A DNA stretch of 63,682 nucleotides, counting the filler, from Octopus bimaculoides (taxonomy: Eukaryota): the NCBI RefSeq assembly GCF_001194135.2. It is 5 parts of 5 records of this genome, joined end to end, with 100 filler letters (N's around TTAATTAATTAA, not from the genome) between each part and the next. Parts side by side here need not be neighbours in the genome. Positions count along the whole stretch, not along the records: positions 22,511 to 52,283 come from NC_068985.1; 4 more parts are not named here. One strand, written 5' to 3'. The notes below the pieces were generated by a model. It ran no database searches. It had not been told where the DNA came from and saw only the letters and a program-made list of their open reading frames with translations. A program made the translations under genes and the position numbers. Positions 37,129-50,310 of this stretch are shown here, piece by piece (position 1 is the stretch's first letter; each line of letters opens with the position of its first letter).

Positions 37129-38526
37129 CTTTTATTTGTTTCAGCTATTTGACTGCAGCCATGCTGGAGCATCGCCTTTAGTCAAACAAATTGACCCCAG
37201 GACTTATTCTTTGTAAGCCTAGTACTTATTTTATCAGTCTTTTTTGCCAAACCGCTAAGTTACAGGAGATGTAAACACACCAACATCGGTTGTCAAGTGA
37301 CGGTGGGTGGACAAACACAGACATACAAATATATACATACAGGGTGCAGTGAATAAATTGTCATCTAAATTACACAAAAATGATAATAACATCTCATTTT
37401 AACAGATATATTTATCAAAATTACATACAGATATCTTAAAATACTAAAGAATAAATTTATTCAATAAAATCACCATTGGCTTCAACCACAGCCTCCAGAT
37501 GACTTCGGAATCTCCTGCAACTCTTCTGGACAGTCTCCTTGTTTAAGTTGGGGAATGCTGCCTCGCTCAACTGTGCCCCGCACATAATAATCCAGGGTGT
37601 TGCAGTCTGAGGAGTTAGGCAGCCAGATGTTAAAGGTGATGTAGTCATAGAAATTGTCTGACAGCCATGATTGGGTTCTCCTACTTGTGTGGCATGGTGC
37701 AGAGTCCTGTTGCCAGACATAGGGTCTCTCAGCAGCCATCCTCTTGACCCAGGGCAGCACTACCTCCTCCAAGCACTTGATGTAGACCTCCTTGTTGAGT
37801 CTGAAACTGCATGGGAAGATGAATGGAAGCATAACATCGCCATCACTAGTGATCACTCCAAACACTGGACTGGATGTTTGATTTTTATCACTCTCAGTAC
37901 GTGTTTTGGGGACACGACAAGCCAACAGTTGTTCTGTGTGTTCACCATCTGGTCCTGGCAGAAATTTTTCTCGTCTGAGAAAAACCAAAACATGTTCGGT
38001 CGGAAGGGATGGTTGAGTTTGTTCAAAAGATTTGTAGCATGGCCTTTACTCTTGTCTTTGATGGTTTGGGATAAAAATTGGCCCTTTCTCATCCCATATG
38101 AGGAGTACCGAAAGTCTTCATGCACTACCTGCCTGATAAGAAACTGGCGATGGACCTGATTGACTTGGAGGGATTGTTGTCAAACATGACCTGGATCTCA
38201 CCAACAAATTCAGGAGTTCTTTTCTCATCAGAATGAGTTTCTGAGCTGCTGTACCTTCATAATCACCATTAGACTCATCCAACTCTTTCCAAATCCTCTG
38301 CACTATCCTCAGATTGACACCCAAACACTCTGAAATCTTCGTATTGGAGTTTCCAGAGCCAAGCAGTACAGCATGTCATTTCCAAACTTCTGGCAGAGTG
38401 AATTGCGTCATAGTGCTGTTTTTCTCACAGACGATGCCCAACTGAGCCTACTATACTGTGTAGGCGACAAAATCAAAAACAAACAAGGCGACAATTTACC
38501 CATCGCTCCGTGTGCGTGTATGTATG

Positions 38527-38566
<40 letters not shown>

Positions 38567-38722
38567 ACGGGCTTCTTTCAGTTTCCATCTACCAAATCCA
38601 CTCACAAGTCTATGGTCAGCCCAAGGCTATATAGTAAGACACTTTCCCAAGTGCCACGTAGTGGGACTGAACCCGGAACCACGAGGTTGGGAAGCAAGTT
38701 TCTTACCACACAGCCACGCCAT
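37129..38722 (-). mobile_element. SINE family 1 split by the maT insertion (3' half 37129-37337, 5' half 38513-38722)
   Basis: The two halves reconstruct one SINE, and the break is in its central microsatellite. Confidence 0.8.
37340..38512 (-). mobile_element. DD37D (maT) transposon of the IS630-Tc1-mariner superfamily, inactive
   Basis: FFSDEKNF, VWQQDSAPCH and WLPNSSDCNTLDY, with 37 residues between the second and third D. Imperfect TIRs cagggtgcagtgaataaattgtc / gacaatttacccatcgctccgtg, and TA at 37338-37339. Confidence 0.88.
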
Positions 38723-41386
38723 CGCCAAAATACTCAAATTTAATAACATTAATTTCTTCAATTTTATAAAATTTGAGGGGAACAATCTATTTCTAGTTTA
38801 ATTTCGTAAAGTAGCATGGAATATGATACATTGATATTTAAAAAATTCATAGTCGAATTAATGATGTAGCTTCTAAATGGTCATTGAAACTGTTAGAAAT
38901 AGCAGTCAAGTCACGTCCTTAAAAAAGAAGGACACACTGAATAATTGAATAAAATAATCTCAGATACACTGCTCTTGAAAGTAATATTGAGTGTTAACTG
39001 CTAAAAAAACTTTTGATCTATCGGATCAGAAAGATCCGTTCTATCTGCTCGAAAAGGAATGACGTAGCGCTAAACAACATTAATAACTTTCCTGGAATAC
39101 ACTGTAAGCATGCTGACGTACCTCAATAGCCATTAGAGAGGTTTCCCAGTGCCCCCAACTTTTCAATCCAAAGTGGTGAATTGTTTTGGTTTTTTCTTTC
39201 TTTTTTCTTAATTTTTTTTTCAATTGTGTTCTCTGTTTTGTCCGATTTTCTAACTTAATTTTGTAAAACGGTAAACACTGAAGGTAATAAAATTTTAGAT
39301 AGAACGGAGATAAGGTTGGTTAAAGTAAACATCAACCATTAGGTTTATAACAAGTGTTGGTGAAAAAAGTATCAAAGTTCGATTTCAAAAGAAGTTTAGT
39401 AAGCTTTTGCTTAGCATCAAGTCTGTCCTGATCTAGCAGACATATAATGAAAGACGGTCCAGCCATGACCATGCCATTTTTTTTCTTGCTTTTTGCTTTC
39501 ATCATACTATGTAGTCTACCGTTTATATTGATGAGTAAGGAAGGGTACCGCTATTTCTAGCAGATATAGCGACCACATAGAAACTTCATTAACTCAAATA
39601 CTTGTTTGTTGTATTTTAACCCCAAGTCAACCTTGATAATTACGCTCTTTTCAAATATAAGCTGTCTTTAAATTATCTAAGCAATATATCCTTTTGTTGT
39701 TGTTATTGAAACAGTATGATGTACTTAAAGAGATGGAAAAGGGGTGGTATTTAGCTATTACTTTTAACAGATCCAACGGCTATGTAGAGGTTCCTTCGTT
39801 GGTTTGAAAACTTGTTGCTTTTTCTTTTCTCTTATTTTTTTATTTCCTGCACGATGTGGCATTTAGACAGCTTCGTGTGTCTGTCATTCTCAATGTCTGG
39901 TTAATATACCAGAAACAAAAATGCCCGCATAAAGCTTTCATACCAATGAGTTGATAGAGCAGGGTATAAACATAGTCTACATAACAAACGGCAGCTTAGG
40001 TGGAATTTAACAAAACTTTTAGTCATTCACTTCTAAAGAGAGAACAGAAAGCAGGCACTTTTCTCTTTATAAATGTTTCTTTTTCGATTTTCATTCTTCT
40101 CAGTTACATAATAAGAGCTACAAAGTGATGTTGTTACTGCGATTATATATTTAAGTATACATAAAAATTAAAACGATCAATGATGCAAAAACACAAGTTT
40201 TATAAGAACTAAATACAGAATGGCTAAGAACTAAAAAAAAGTAATTATTTTCACACACATCTCAATAATGAAGATATTGAAAGCTAGAAAAATATAGTAA
40301 TAACGAGGTGTTAGTTATTTGTGAAACCAACAATTTCTTTGATTTTAATTCAAAGTTCAAATGAAAATAAAACTGAAACAATAATTTAACTTAAAATAAT
40401 GGAGATGTATTATTAAACACAAGTAGTTTAAACATTGAGGATAAAAGTTTTAATGTAACTCACCAGCATTCATTAATCCATAAAACATGTATTCGGTTAA
40501 TAAAAGCAAACTTGGTTGCAATCAGACGAAGATGAGTAAATCAGTCAAATTTCCAGTCAAATTCACACGATGTCTAAAATTATATAAACTTTGTTATTGT
40601 CAACTTTGCGTCAATGCGCATGAACAGAACAAATGGGGTACTTGTTACTGCCAAACGTGACCTGATTGTTAAATTGTCAACATTGTCCAAAAGATTAAAG
40701 ACTGGAAACCAGTCGGGGTGGTAGAACAATCGAAACTAAGTTTAGGTGGATTCGATAGTTTTAGGTTAATTCATTCTAGTGTAAATTGTCAGGAAGGCTA
40801 CAAAACAGTTGCGGTTTTCTTAGACTGTATACGTATACAATAGAAATGCACTATGAGAACACCAAAACTTGTTTTATTTACTAAATTCCCACAACTGCTA
40901 TTTACAATAATCTGCTTTGGTTTTTTTATAACCTGTGTACCGCAAACCAGGTACCAATATTTTTTTTTTAATTGGGTAATACACCCAAGAGCATAAACAT
41001 TAAAAAAATTCTATATATATAATGTATTTAGCCTTGATGTCTATTTTTCGAACCGTTTCACATTTTTAGACGTGTTGTTGATATATCATCTCTGTCGGTA
41101 TAAACCCCGGTCGTCTTTAGGTGATATTCCTGAACTACAGGAGAGATTTAACAGAGATTGAGGGATGTTTTAACTTTTTTTTTTTTTTGTCGTTTGATCA
41201 ATAATTTATACAAGTATACGAAGTTTTAAAGTGTTTCGGTAGAAAACACACTAAATAAAACATAAATAAAAAGTGGCGCTCGCCAAATCAGAAAGATCCC
41301 AAATTATTTATCTTTTATGCAAAAAAAAACAATTATGCTACCATTTTATGATACTTAACATCGTCTTTTGACTCGAACATCAAGCC

Positions 41387-41685
41387 CAGTGGTTTCCAAA
41401 CTTTTTCGGGCTGCCGCCCCCTTGGTTTTAAGAATACATTCCTGGTGCACCCCACCTCACCATCCCAAACGTATACCATTTTCTGCTGCAAATTCAAAAC
41501 AACAATATTTCACAAATAAAACAACCTAATTAACCCTTTATTTTGTTTGTTTTTATACATCCATTGCTCTGTTTTGGTCANNNNNNNNNNATTATTGCCC
41601 CATTATTCTTCAACGCCCCCTGGATCTTTCCACTGTCCACCCACCCCCGGGGGGGGGGCGGTACTGCCCACTTTGGGAACCACTG
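41387..41685. mobile_element. hAT (Charlie-like) MITE
   Basis: Ends cagtggtttccaaac..tttgggaaccactg. Internal 10-N gap and no matching TSD. Confidence 0.55.
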
Positions 41686-43051
41686 CTAAAATAATGGGTT
41701 CAAGTGCAAGGCTTGTCTTAACTGAAGAAGGTTTCATGAAGCTGACTTGAGATAATATTGATTGAAACACTCTCAATAACACAGCCAGTATAAGGACACT
41801 TGTCTGAAAAAATAACATCATTATAAAACTCACCATAGGAAAATACACAAACGTTATGTTTAGATGAGGACAGCTATATAAAGAGGTGTTAAATCAATCA
41901 CTTAAAGTGGATGGAATTTGTGGCAGAGAAAAACTCAGGAAATATGTAATATGGTATCTTGACAGCTGTTCCAAGATGGCTATAAATTAATGTAATTACC
42001 ATATTCATACATGATTTCTTAGGTGCTCACCTAGCGACAAGTCCCAATGAAGTTGTTACAGTAATTTAGGCATCCTTTTCCAAGAACAGAGTGGCATATA
42101 TTGTTGATGACATTATCAAAAGCATTATATATATGTAGCGACCGTGTGACGCATTTAAAAAAGGAGCCTGTTTTCCATTCGTCACCATTTCTCCTTTTGG
42201 TTCGCACGGTCGTTCTTACATATATATATATATTAATATTTCACTTAGGCATTGGGAAACATTAATATGGTTTAGAACACTTTATACATATGGTCCAGAA
42301 TACAATGATATATGAGTATAGAAAGGCAACAGGAACAAACAGTTGACACCAGAAAAAAGCAAAGTTTGTGTAATAAGCTTCATTTGCTTACAGCCATTTC
42401 TGCAATAAGATGTGGTAGACTGTTTAGGTGAGTCCCAGCATAACATACTCATAGCTTCATCAGAGCCTTGAATATGAAGAGCACTTTATTTGGGAAAATG
42501 TGATTTTCAGAACATACAGGCATTAAGAGTGAAGAAGTTAATGTTGATGCCAGTGGAAAGATCAGGTCTCTCTTCATATAACCTGCATGAGATCATACTG
42601 AGTTCTAAGATACAAACATCCTGTTTTGAAGTGATCTAAAAACATGTTAATTTATGTGCGCAAATCTTCTAACGGAATAAGGAAAACTATTTTACTAAAA
42701 TCCTGCTTCTTTTAGAAATAAGTTGAAATATAGGCTGTATATTCAAACAGAAATATGGTATCAAAAGGGTTCAAAATTTAATTTTGTGTGTGGATAATCT
42801 GGATCTCGACTGATGAAAGAAAACTCCGAATGATTTGTCCTTGTTTTCTTTGTATTGTCTATCTGGATGTTTTGTTGTCCCTTTCTTGTATCACCTAACT
42901 ATCTGGATGTTTTGCATTCTTGTCCCATTTTGTATTATTTATATATATATACATATATACTGAGGGTGATAAATTGAATATTAATTTCAATTTAAAACCA
43001 GTGGTCTAGCATATAAAAATCTGATAATTCAGAAAAATTGTATTACATGCG

Positions 43052-43165
43052 TATAAGAAGGGATGACCACTAGGTGGACATCCAATATGCTAGAAAGAGG
43101 TTTGGGTCATTGATGATCTCTTTCTAGCATACTGGATGTCCACCTAGTGGTCATCCCTTCTTATA
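43052..43165. repeat. 48-bp-arm hairpin (one mismatch, 18-nt loop)
   Basis: tataagaagggatgaccactaggtggacatccaatatgctagaaagag and its reverse complement. The right arm ends at a gap. Confidence 0.9.
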
Positions 43166-43775
43166 NNNNNNNNNNNNNNNNNNNNNNNNNNNNNNNNNNN
43201 NNNNNNNNNNNNNNNNNNNNNNNNNNNNNNNNNNNNNNNNNNNNNNNNNNNNNNNNNNNNNNNNNNNNNNNNNNNNNNNNNNNNNNNNNNNNNNNNNNNN
43301 NNTATATATATATAATATATAGTTTTAGGGAAAATAACCAATTTTTACCTGTAATTTTGGATTTTGTCCCTAATATTATTATTATATATATATATATATA
43401 TATATATTTGAAAGAGACAGAAATAAGGGGTTGTATACGCTTATTTATAAGAAACTTATAGTTGTTTCAGTTATGCGTTTGGGTGGATTCATGGTTCAAT
43501 GTTATCAATTGATCGACTAAAAATATAGGGAGCTACCACCCTAAAATATCCTCTTCAGAGCTGCAACAAAAAGTAAAGGGTGAATCTTAGTTAATGTAGT
43601 TTTATGAGAGAAATAGGTCATCTGCAAGTGACTGATTTTGATTAGGAATTACCTGGAGTACAATACCAATCACAGAAATTTTTTGGTAGCCTGGTATCTT
43701 TTTATCCACAGAGAGCTTAAGAAGTATTTCACCTAGGTTATTAATCCCTCTTTGTTTTGATACTTATATATACGC

Positions 43776-43813
<38 letters not shown>

Positions 43814-44319
43814 AAATGCATGTGTGTATGGTGGCTGTGGTGTTAAGAAGTTCACATTTCAACCGCAAGATCCGGTCCCATAGCATGGCACCTTGCTTGG
43901 ACAAATGCCTGTATTATAACCCTGGAATGCTGAAGGCTTTGTGAGTAGATTTATTTCATGAAGACTGTCATGTATGTATGCGTATGCATGCATGGTTACA
44001 TATATGCATGTAATGCATGTGTATGTGTATGTGCTTATGTCTCCTGGTCTGGACATTACATGACAGTTGTATCAAATGTCACTATAATACAAACAGAATC
44101 ATTTGTTCCCAGTCTTCTGTGAAAACATGTTCAGCCAACGAGAAACATTACCTTATTTAAAAACAGATGGAGGTTGACAATGGGAAGGGCATCTAGCCTA
44201 TGTTCCAAAATAATTTTGTACTAACCCAATGGAACATGTAGGTTTGGAGTGTCTGAGTATCACAATTTTACCTAAGGTTTTCTTCAATGTGAATGCAGTC
44301 AGAACTATGTGTACTGTTT

Positions 44320-44765
44320 CCCATATTGATTTTGATACAAGACCAGCAATTTCAGAGGAGGGGGTAAGTCAATTACATCGACCCCAGTGTGCAACTGGTA
44401 CTTATTTTATCAACCCCAAAAGGACGAATGGCAAAGGCGACCTCAGCAGAATTTGAACTCAGAACATGAAAATGGAAGGGATGCCGCTAAGCATTTCACC
44501 CGGTATGATAATGATTCTATCAGTTCGCTGCCTCAGTACTGTTTCACATATAAATTCTGAATTTTGGCACAAGGCCAGCAATTTCGAGGGCGGATAAAAT
44601 TGATTACATCAACCCCAGTGTTCAACTGGTACTTATTTCTTCGACTTCAAAAGGATGAAAGGCAAAGTCAACTTTGGCAGAATTTGAACTTAGAATGTGA
44701 AGACTGATGAAATGCTGCTGAACATTTTGGCTGGCATGCTAACGATCCTGTCATCTCACCACCAT
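44320..44765 (-). mobile_element. Two tandem degenerate SINE family 3 copies
   Basis: Reverse complements of the 48840 family (aatttgaact.agaa..tggtacttattt) at ~44320-44530 and ~44560-44765. Confidence 0.7.
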
Positions 44766-44929
44766 GAATGTTTCACATATTAACAACAATAAAGAGGTTT
44801 ATGAAGTTGTCACTTTTGTTGGCAGATAAAAAGAAAGGCTCAACACCATTTGGTTCTCAATCTTTCTAACTTGAGAGATCTGTAGTGTATACTCAAGTGA
44901 AATTCCTCTCTCCCCTTTATCTATCTATA

Positions 44930-45545
44930 TCATCATCATCATCATCATCATCATCGTTTAACGTCCGCTTTCCATGCTAGCATGGGTTGGACGATATGAC
45001 TGAGGACTGGTGAAACCGGATGGCAACACCAGGCTCCAATCTAATTTGGCAGAGTTTCTACAGCTGGATGCCCTTCCTAACGCCAACCACTCCGAGAGTG
45101 TAGTGGGTGCTTTTACGTGTCACCCGCACGAAAACGGCCACGCTCGAAATGGTGTCTTTTATGTGCCNNNNNNNNNNNNNNNNNNNNNNNNNNNNNNNNN
45201 NNNNNNNNNNNNNNNNNNNNNNNNNNNNNNNNNNNNNNNNNNNNNNNNNNNNNNNNNNNNNNNNNNNNNNNNNNNNNNNNNNNNNNNNNNNNNNNNNNNN
45301 NNNNNNNNNNNNNNNNNNNNNNNNNNNNNNNNNNNNNNNNNNNNNNNNNNNNNNNNNNNNNNNNNNNNNNNNNNNNNNNNNNNNNNNNNNNNNNNNNNNN
45401 NNNNNNNNNNNNNNNNNNNGCCCAATGTACGAAGGTCTTGCCTCACCACCTCAGCCCAGGTCTTCCTGGGCCTACCTCTTCCACGGGTTCCCTCAACTGT
45501 TAGGGTGTGGCACTTTTTCATGCAGCTATCCTCATCCATTCTCAC
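44930..45545 (-). mobile_element. RTE 3' end across a gap
   Basis: VVRMDEDSCMKKCHTLTVEGTRGRGRPRKTWAEVVRQDLRTLG plus 3' UTR and (CAT)n. Confidence 0.88.
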
Positions 45546-45555
45546 CACATATAAA

Positions 45556-45801
45556 TATATATATAAAAATGAGAATGTGTGTGTGTGTGTGTGTGTCTGT
45601 CTGTCTGTGTGAATCCCTAACACTCGAGAATTACACAATCAATTTCATTCAAATTTTATACATGCTTTACTTAGGGTCCCGGTTGTGTTTTAGTCAAAAA
45701 AAATTTTTAACTTCTTGCATAGTTCGAGCCTACAGCAACATCATATCTCCTCCACTATTTAAGTATTACATGTCAAAAGTGAAACAAAAACACTCATGTC
45801 A
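45556..45801 (+). mobile_element. Helitron-like non-autonomous repeat, 5' part, copy 1
   Basis: tatatatataaaaatgagaatg + (GT)n/(GTCT)n + gaatccctaa..ctcgagaa, shared with 57288-57550. Confidence 0.5.
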
Positions 45802-46609
45802 TTTGAACCGGAATCTCAAAAACATTGTCCCCTTACATCTCAGTCTCATTTAAGTACCACGACAGGCAAATAAAAATTACTTGTTATATATACATGCATC
45901 CAAATATAGCAGGTAACAGCTAACCTTTGGCCACTATTTGGACCTTGTTGTGTCCACTAGTCTGATTAGTTGGTATTGGTGCAGTTTTTCTCTTACTTGA
46001 TTGTGCCAACTGCTGCGTATGACTAAGATCATGTGGGACAACCTGTTCACAACCCTGTTTGAACCTACTGTTCCTTTCTTCATCATCACCATCATCGTCA
46101 ATATTGCCAACAGCATCTCTCTACATACACAACTCAGCAAGCAACTCGTCCAAGTTCCAACACTTCTCTGTTCATGAATTACTTCACCATGGATCAACAG
46201 TGAATATACAACCTGCAAGAACTCCTGTACCAAGTGACCCAGAAAGCAGTATCACAGCCGTGACTTCACGTACGACATGTACCTGCAACCGGCTCAGCAT
46301 CATGGCCACAACTTCTTGATACAGTATTTCAGCGACCATGTACAATTGACTACAAACTGGTATTCTCATCCTTGTGTGTGTGAACTTCTCACTTCGATGG
46401 CTATAGACACTTTCACTATTCTTTTCATTGCTATTCTTATATATACTTAACACACATGCATACACCTATGCTTATGCACACATATACACTTTGTTCTCAC
46501 GACGGCCTGTCTATCATTCTGTATACATGACACACATGTTAACATATCAATAAATCTTCCCTTAATCATTTTACGTGGTTGTGTCTCCATTTTCTTTCTG
46601 GCACTTATA

Positions 46610-46945
46610 TATATATGAAGGAATTTAAGACTGGAAGCTCATGGAAACTACTATATGCTGGTGATCTTGCCCCTATAGCAGAATCTATGACAGAAGTAGA
46701 AAAAAAATTCCAGGTGTGGAATTAAAACCTAGAATCAAAGGGTCTTAAAGTTAACCTAGCAAAAACAAAGGTTCTAGTAAACAAGAAGTCAGACAGGACC
46801 CTACTCACTTCAGGTAAATGGCCCTTCTTGGTATATAGGAAAGGTGTAGGCAGAAATTTCATTCAGTGCAAGCTATGGATATACAAGAGACGCAGTGGGA
46901 TAGTAGGAAAGTTAACAAAGAAGGTAGTGTTTGCATGTGGAAGAG
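46610..46945 (+). mobile_element. RTE fragment
   Basis: FKTGSSWKLLYAGDLAPIAES..FQVW..ESKGLKVNLAKTKVL..RKGVGRN. Confidence 0.8.
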
Positions 46946-48460
46946 AATATGGCAAATGCCTGATGGAGGGTATCCTCTTGGTTGCACATCACTGAACGGT
47001 TTCCAGACAATTAATATCCTGGGCAAGATAGGGGTTCCAGACTGGAGATGCAAATTCCAGGTGAGGTCGCAGCATGGCTATATAAAGCCTCAGATAGATA
47101 ACCAGAGAGCGGCTCACAAAGGACTTGGTAAGTGATGCTAAAATACCCTCAGCCTTCTTGACAATTTTAGCAATGTGTTTTGTCCAGCGCAAATCGCTGT
47201 CGACAATAATGCCCAGGTCACGTTCACAAGAAGACTTTTTGAGATTAGTGTTGTGGAGGGAGTAAGTAGATGCTGGGTTTTTCCTCCCAAAATGTATGGT
47301 GGAACATTTGTCCACAGCTAGCTTGAGTTGCCAGTCCATGATCCATTGCTGCATCATGTCCAGGTCTAATTGCAATAAAGATCTATAGTGTACAGGATCT
47401 TTCCTTTTTATTTTGGGGTACAGCTTGATGTCATCTGCATATTTCAACACTGTGGCATTCTTTAAGTTGGCATCTATATCATTAATATATGCAAAAGGGG
47501 GCCAAGAACAATTCCTGTGGTACACCAGATGTCATCTCATAGGGTGAAGAGTGCTGTCCTAGAACTGTGACAATGTCTTTTCGGCCGATAATGAAGGACT
47601 TCAACCAGTTATAGAGATCATCTCTTACACCCATTGCAGAGAGTTTCACCAGAAGTCTTTTGTGTGGCACAGAATTAAAAGCCTTAGCAAAATCAAGGTA
47701 AACAACATCCACCCAGGAGCTGCCATCAGTGATTCAGGTAATGTCCTCAAGAAACTCAATGAGTTGATTACAGCAGCTGGAGTTAGGAATAAATCCAAAT
47801 TGTGATGGCTGAATGAGGCTGTGAGGCTTCCAGAAGTTCCAGAGGGTTTCTTTGACACAGGATTCCATCAGTTTGGCGATGCAGCTAGTAAGACTGACGG
47901 AGCGATAGTTGACAGGCGATGTGTGGTCACCTTTTTTGAACAGAGGGACAACACTGGCAGTTTTCCACTGCTCTGGAGTAACACCATTGTCAAAATAGAA
48001 TTGAAAGAATAGTGAAAGTTGGTTCAGAAGAAAGTACCCACATTTGAGAAGTAGGTATGTTACACCATCGAGACCAGGAGAGGCATAGTTACGTTTATTC
48101 TTAAGGTGGCGTTTTAGCATTGCTGGTGTAAATTTCGTAGTAGTTATAGAGTCCAGTATCAGAGGTGATGGAGATAGAACATTTTGATTTTCGACAGTAA
48201 AGATACCTGCATAGCATCCAGCAATGAGTTCTGCACATTCTTTGAGATTGTCAGTAATCTGGCCTGTGTGGGGATTGCAAAGGGGACCAACTGGAGAGTG
48301 AGGTCTCTGCTTTGAATGTACATACTTCCAGAACATTTTGCTGTCAGGGTTGGTTGCTATGTGCTGTTCGAATTCAAGCATGGCCTTTTTTGTCACCTGC
48401 TTGAGATGGTTGGATGATCTATTGTACTTTTTCCTGTTAATCTCTGATTTGTGCATTTTG
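46945..48460 (-). mobile_element. CR1-group LINE ORF2 (RT) remnant with frameshifts
   Basis: FWKYV..SPGLDGV..WKTASVVPLFKKGD..NYRSVSLTS..QFGF, VVYLDFAKAFNSVPH..SGVPQ, LKYADDIKLY..ERDLGIIVDSDL..RPHLEFASPVWNP. Confidence 0.93.
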
Positions 48461-48839
48461 TATTCCTGTATTTTATATGATACTAAAATATGGATATTTT
48501 ATATGATATTTCACTTGGATTATTGTTGGGCTTAAGAAAAATAATGATTTCACTTAGTTTCAAAGATTTGACAATGCTCATATGGATAATAAAAAATAGT
48601 TGTGCGTTCTGTGATTCCTTCAGAATCGCACATATCTGAAGTCTCAAAGCCTTACAAAAGTCTGAAGGGAGTAAATAAATAAAATTATCCTTCAAATTCC
48701 GTCCTACTGTTTTAAAATGGATGAATACGCTACATAAAGTAGTCCTGCTATCGATGTGGTTACCCATTTGAATTTTCTGTACGAAGGGAGATAATTACGT
48801 CAATTATATATTTTTTTGTAAGAGTGGTCAGTGTTTACC

Positions 48840-49052
48840 GGCGAGCTGGCGGAATCGTTAGCGCGCCGGGTAAAAGGCCTAACAACATTTCGTTCGTCTT
48901 CACGTTCTGTGTTCAAATTCCACCGAGGCTGACTCTGCTTTTCATCCTCTCGGGAACGATAAAATAAATACCAGTTGAAAACTGGAGTTCATGTAATGGA
49001 CTTACCCCTTCTCCTGAAATTGCTGGGTTTGTGCCAAAATTTAAAATAATAA
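48840..49052 (+). mobile_element. tRNA-head SINE family 3
   Basis: ggcgagctggcggaatcgttagcgcgccgg..gttcaaattcc head. Several degenerate copies lie elsewhere, including 51735-51890 on the minus strand. Confidence 0.75.
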
Positions 49053-49825
49053 NNNNNNNNNNNNNNNNNNNNNNNNNNNNNNNNNNNNNNNNNNNNNNNN
49101 NNNNNNNNNNNNNNNNNNNNNNNNNNNNNNNNNNNNNNNNNNNNNNNNNNNNNNNNNNNNNNNNNNNNNNNNNNNNNNNNNNNNNNNNNNNNNNNNNNNN
49201 NNNNNNNNNNNNNNNNNNNNNNNNNNNNNNNNNNNNNNNNNNNNNNNNNNNNNNNNNNNNNNNNNNNNNNNNNNNNNNNNNNNNNNNNNNNNNNNNNNNN
49301 NNNNNNNNNNNNNNNNNNNNNNNNNNNNNNNNNNNNNNNNNNNNNNNNNNNNNNNNNNNNNNNNNNNNNNNNNNNNNNNNNNNNNNNNNNNNNNNNNNNN
49401 NNNNNNNNNNNNNNNNNNNNNNNNNNNNNNNNNNNNNNNNNNNNNNNNNNNNNNNNNNNNNNNNNNNNNNNNNNNNNNNNNNNNNNNNNNNNNNNNNNNN
49501 NNNNNNNNNNNNNNNNNNNNNNNNNNNNNNNNNNNNNNNNNNNNNNNNNNNNNNNNNNNNNNNNNNNNNNNNNNNNNNNNNNNNNNNNNNNNNNNNNNNN
49601 NNNNNNNNNNNNNNNNNNNNNNNNNNNNNNNNNNNNNNNNNNNNNNNNNNNNNNNNNNNNNNNNNNNNNNNNNNNNNNNNNNNNNNNNNNNNNNNNNNNN
49701 NNNNNNNNNNNNNNNNNNNNNNNNNNNNNNNNNNNNNNNNNNNNNNNNNNNNNNNNNNNNNNNNNNNNNNNNNNNNNNNNNNNNNNNNNNNNNNNNNNNN
49801 NNNNNNNNNNNNNNNNNNNNNNNNA

Positions 49826-50160
49826 CTTTTGGAAACATGGGTGTTTTGCTCAACATCCTTAAACAAACCTTATTCAGAGACCTTTTGAGTGGGATGGGCT
49901 ACTTGACCTGAAGAAAATTCTAACTGGGCCTCACCTACGAGGTCATGCGCTGTTTATCTTGATATGAGATCACCATGTTGCGCACATATGGTTGTGATGC
50001 ATGTGCCTGGTGTACCCTTATCAGACGGGTAGTCACGATGGGTATATTGGGCTTTGTATATTTTACCCCAGTGTCACTTTGTTGATGGCATGCACTGCTC
50101 TCTCACTCAATAATAATAATAATGATAATAATAATAATAATGATAATAATAATAATAATA
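49826..50160 (+). repeat. Interspersed repeat 3' end with (AAT)n tail
   Basis: GC-balanced tract ending cactgctctctcactc(aat)n. Family not assignable from this window. Confidence 0.45.
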
Positions 50161-50310
50161 AGCTTACTGTTAACAGTGCTCAGATACATTACAATTCATT
50201 GGAAAAAGATAAACCAGGAAACAGAGAGCAGATATATAAGTGAAGCAAGGAAAGACAGCAATGATAGCTAGAAATAAATGCACTGTATACAAAATAAAAT
50301 GTGAAAAATA

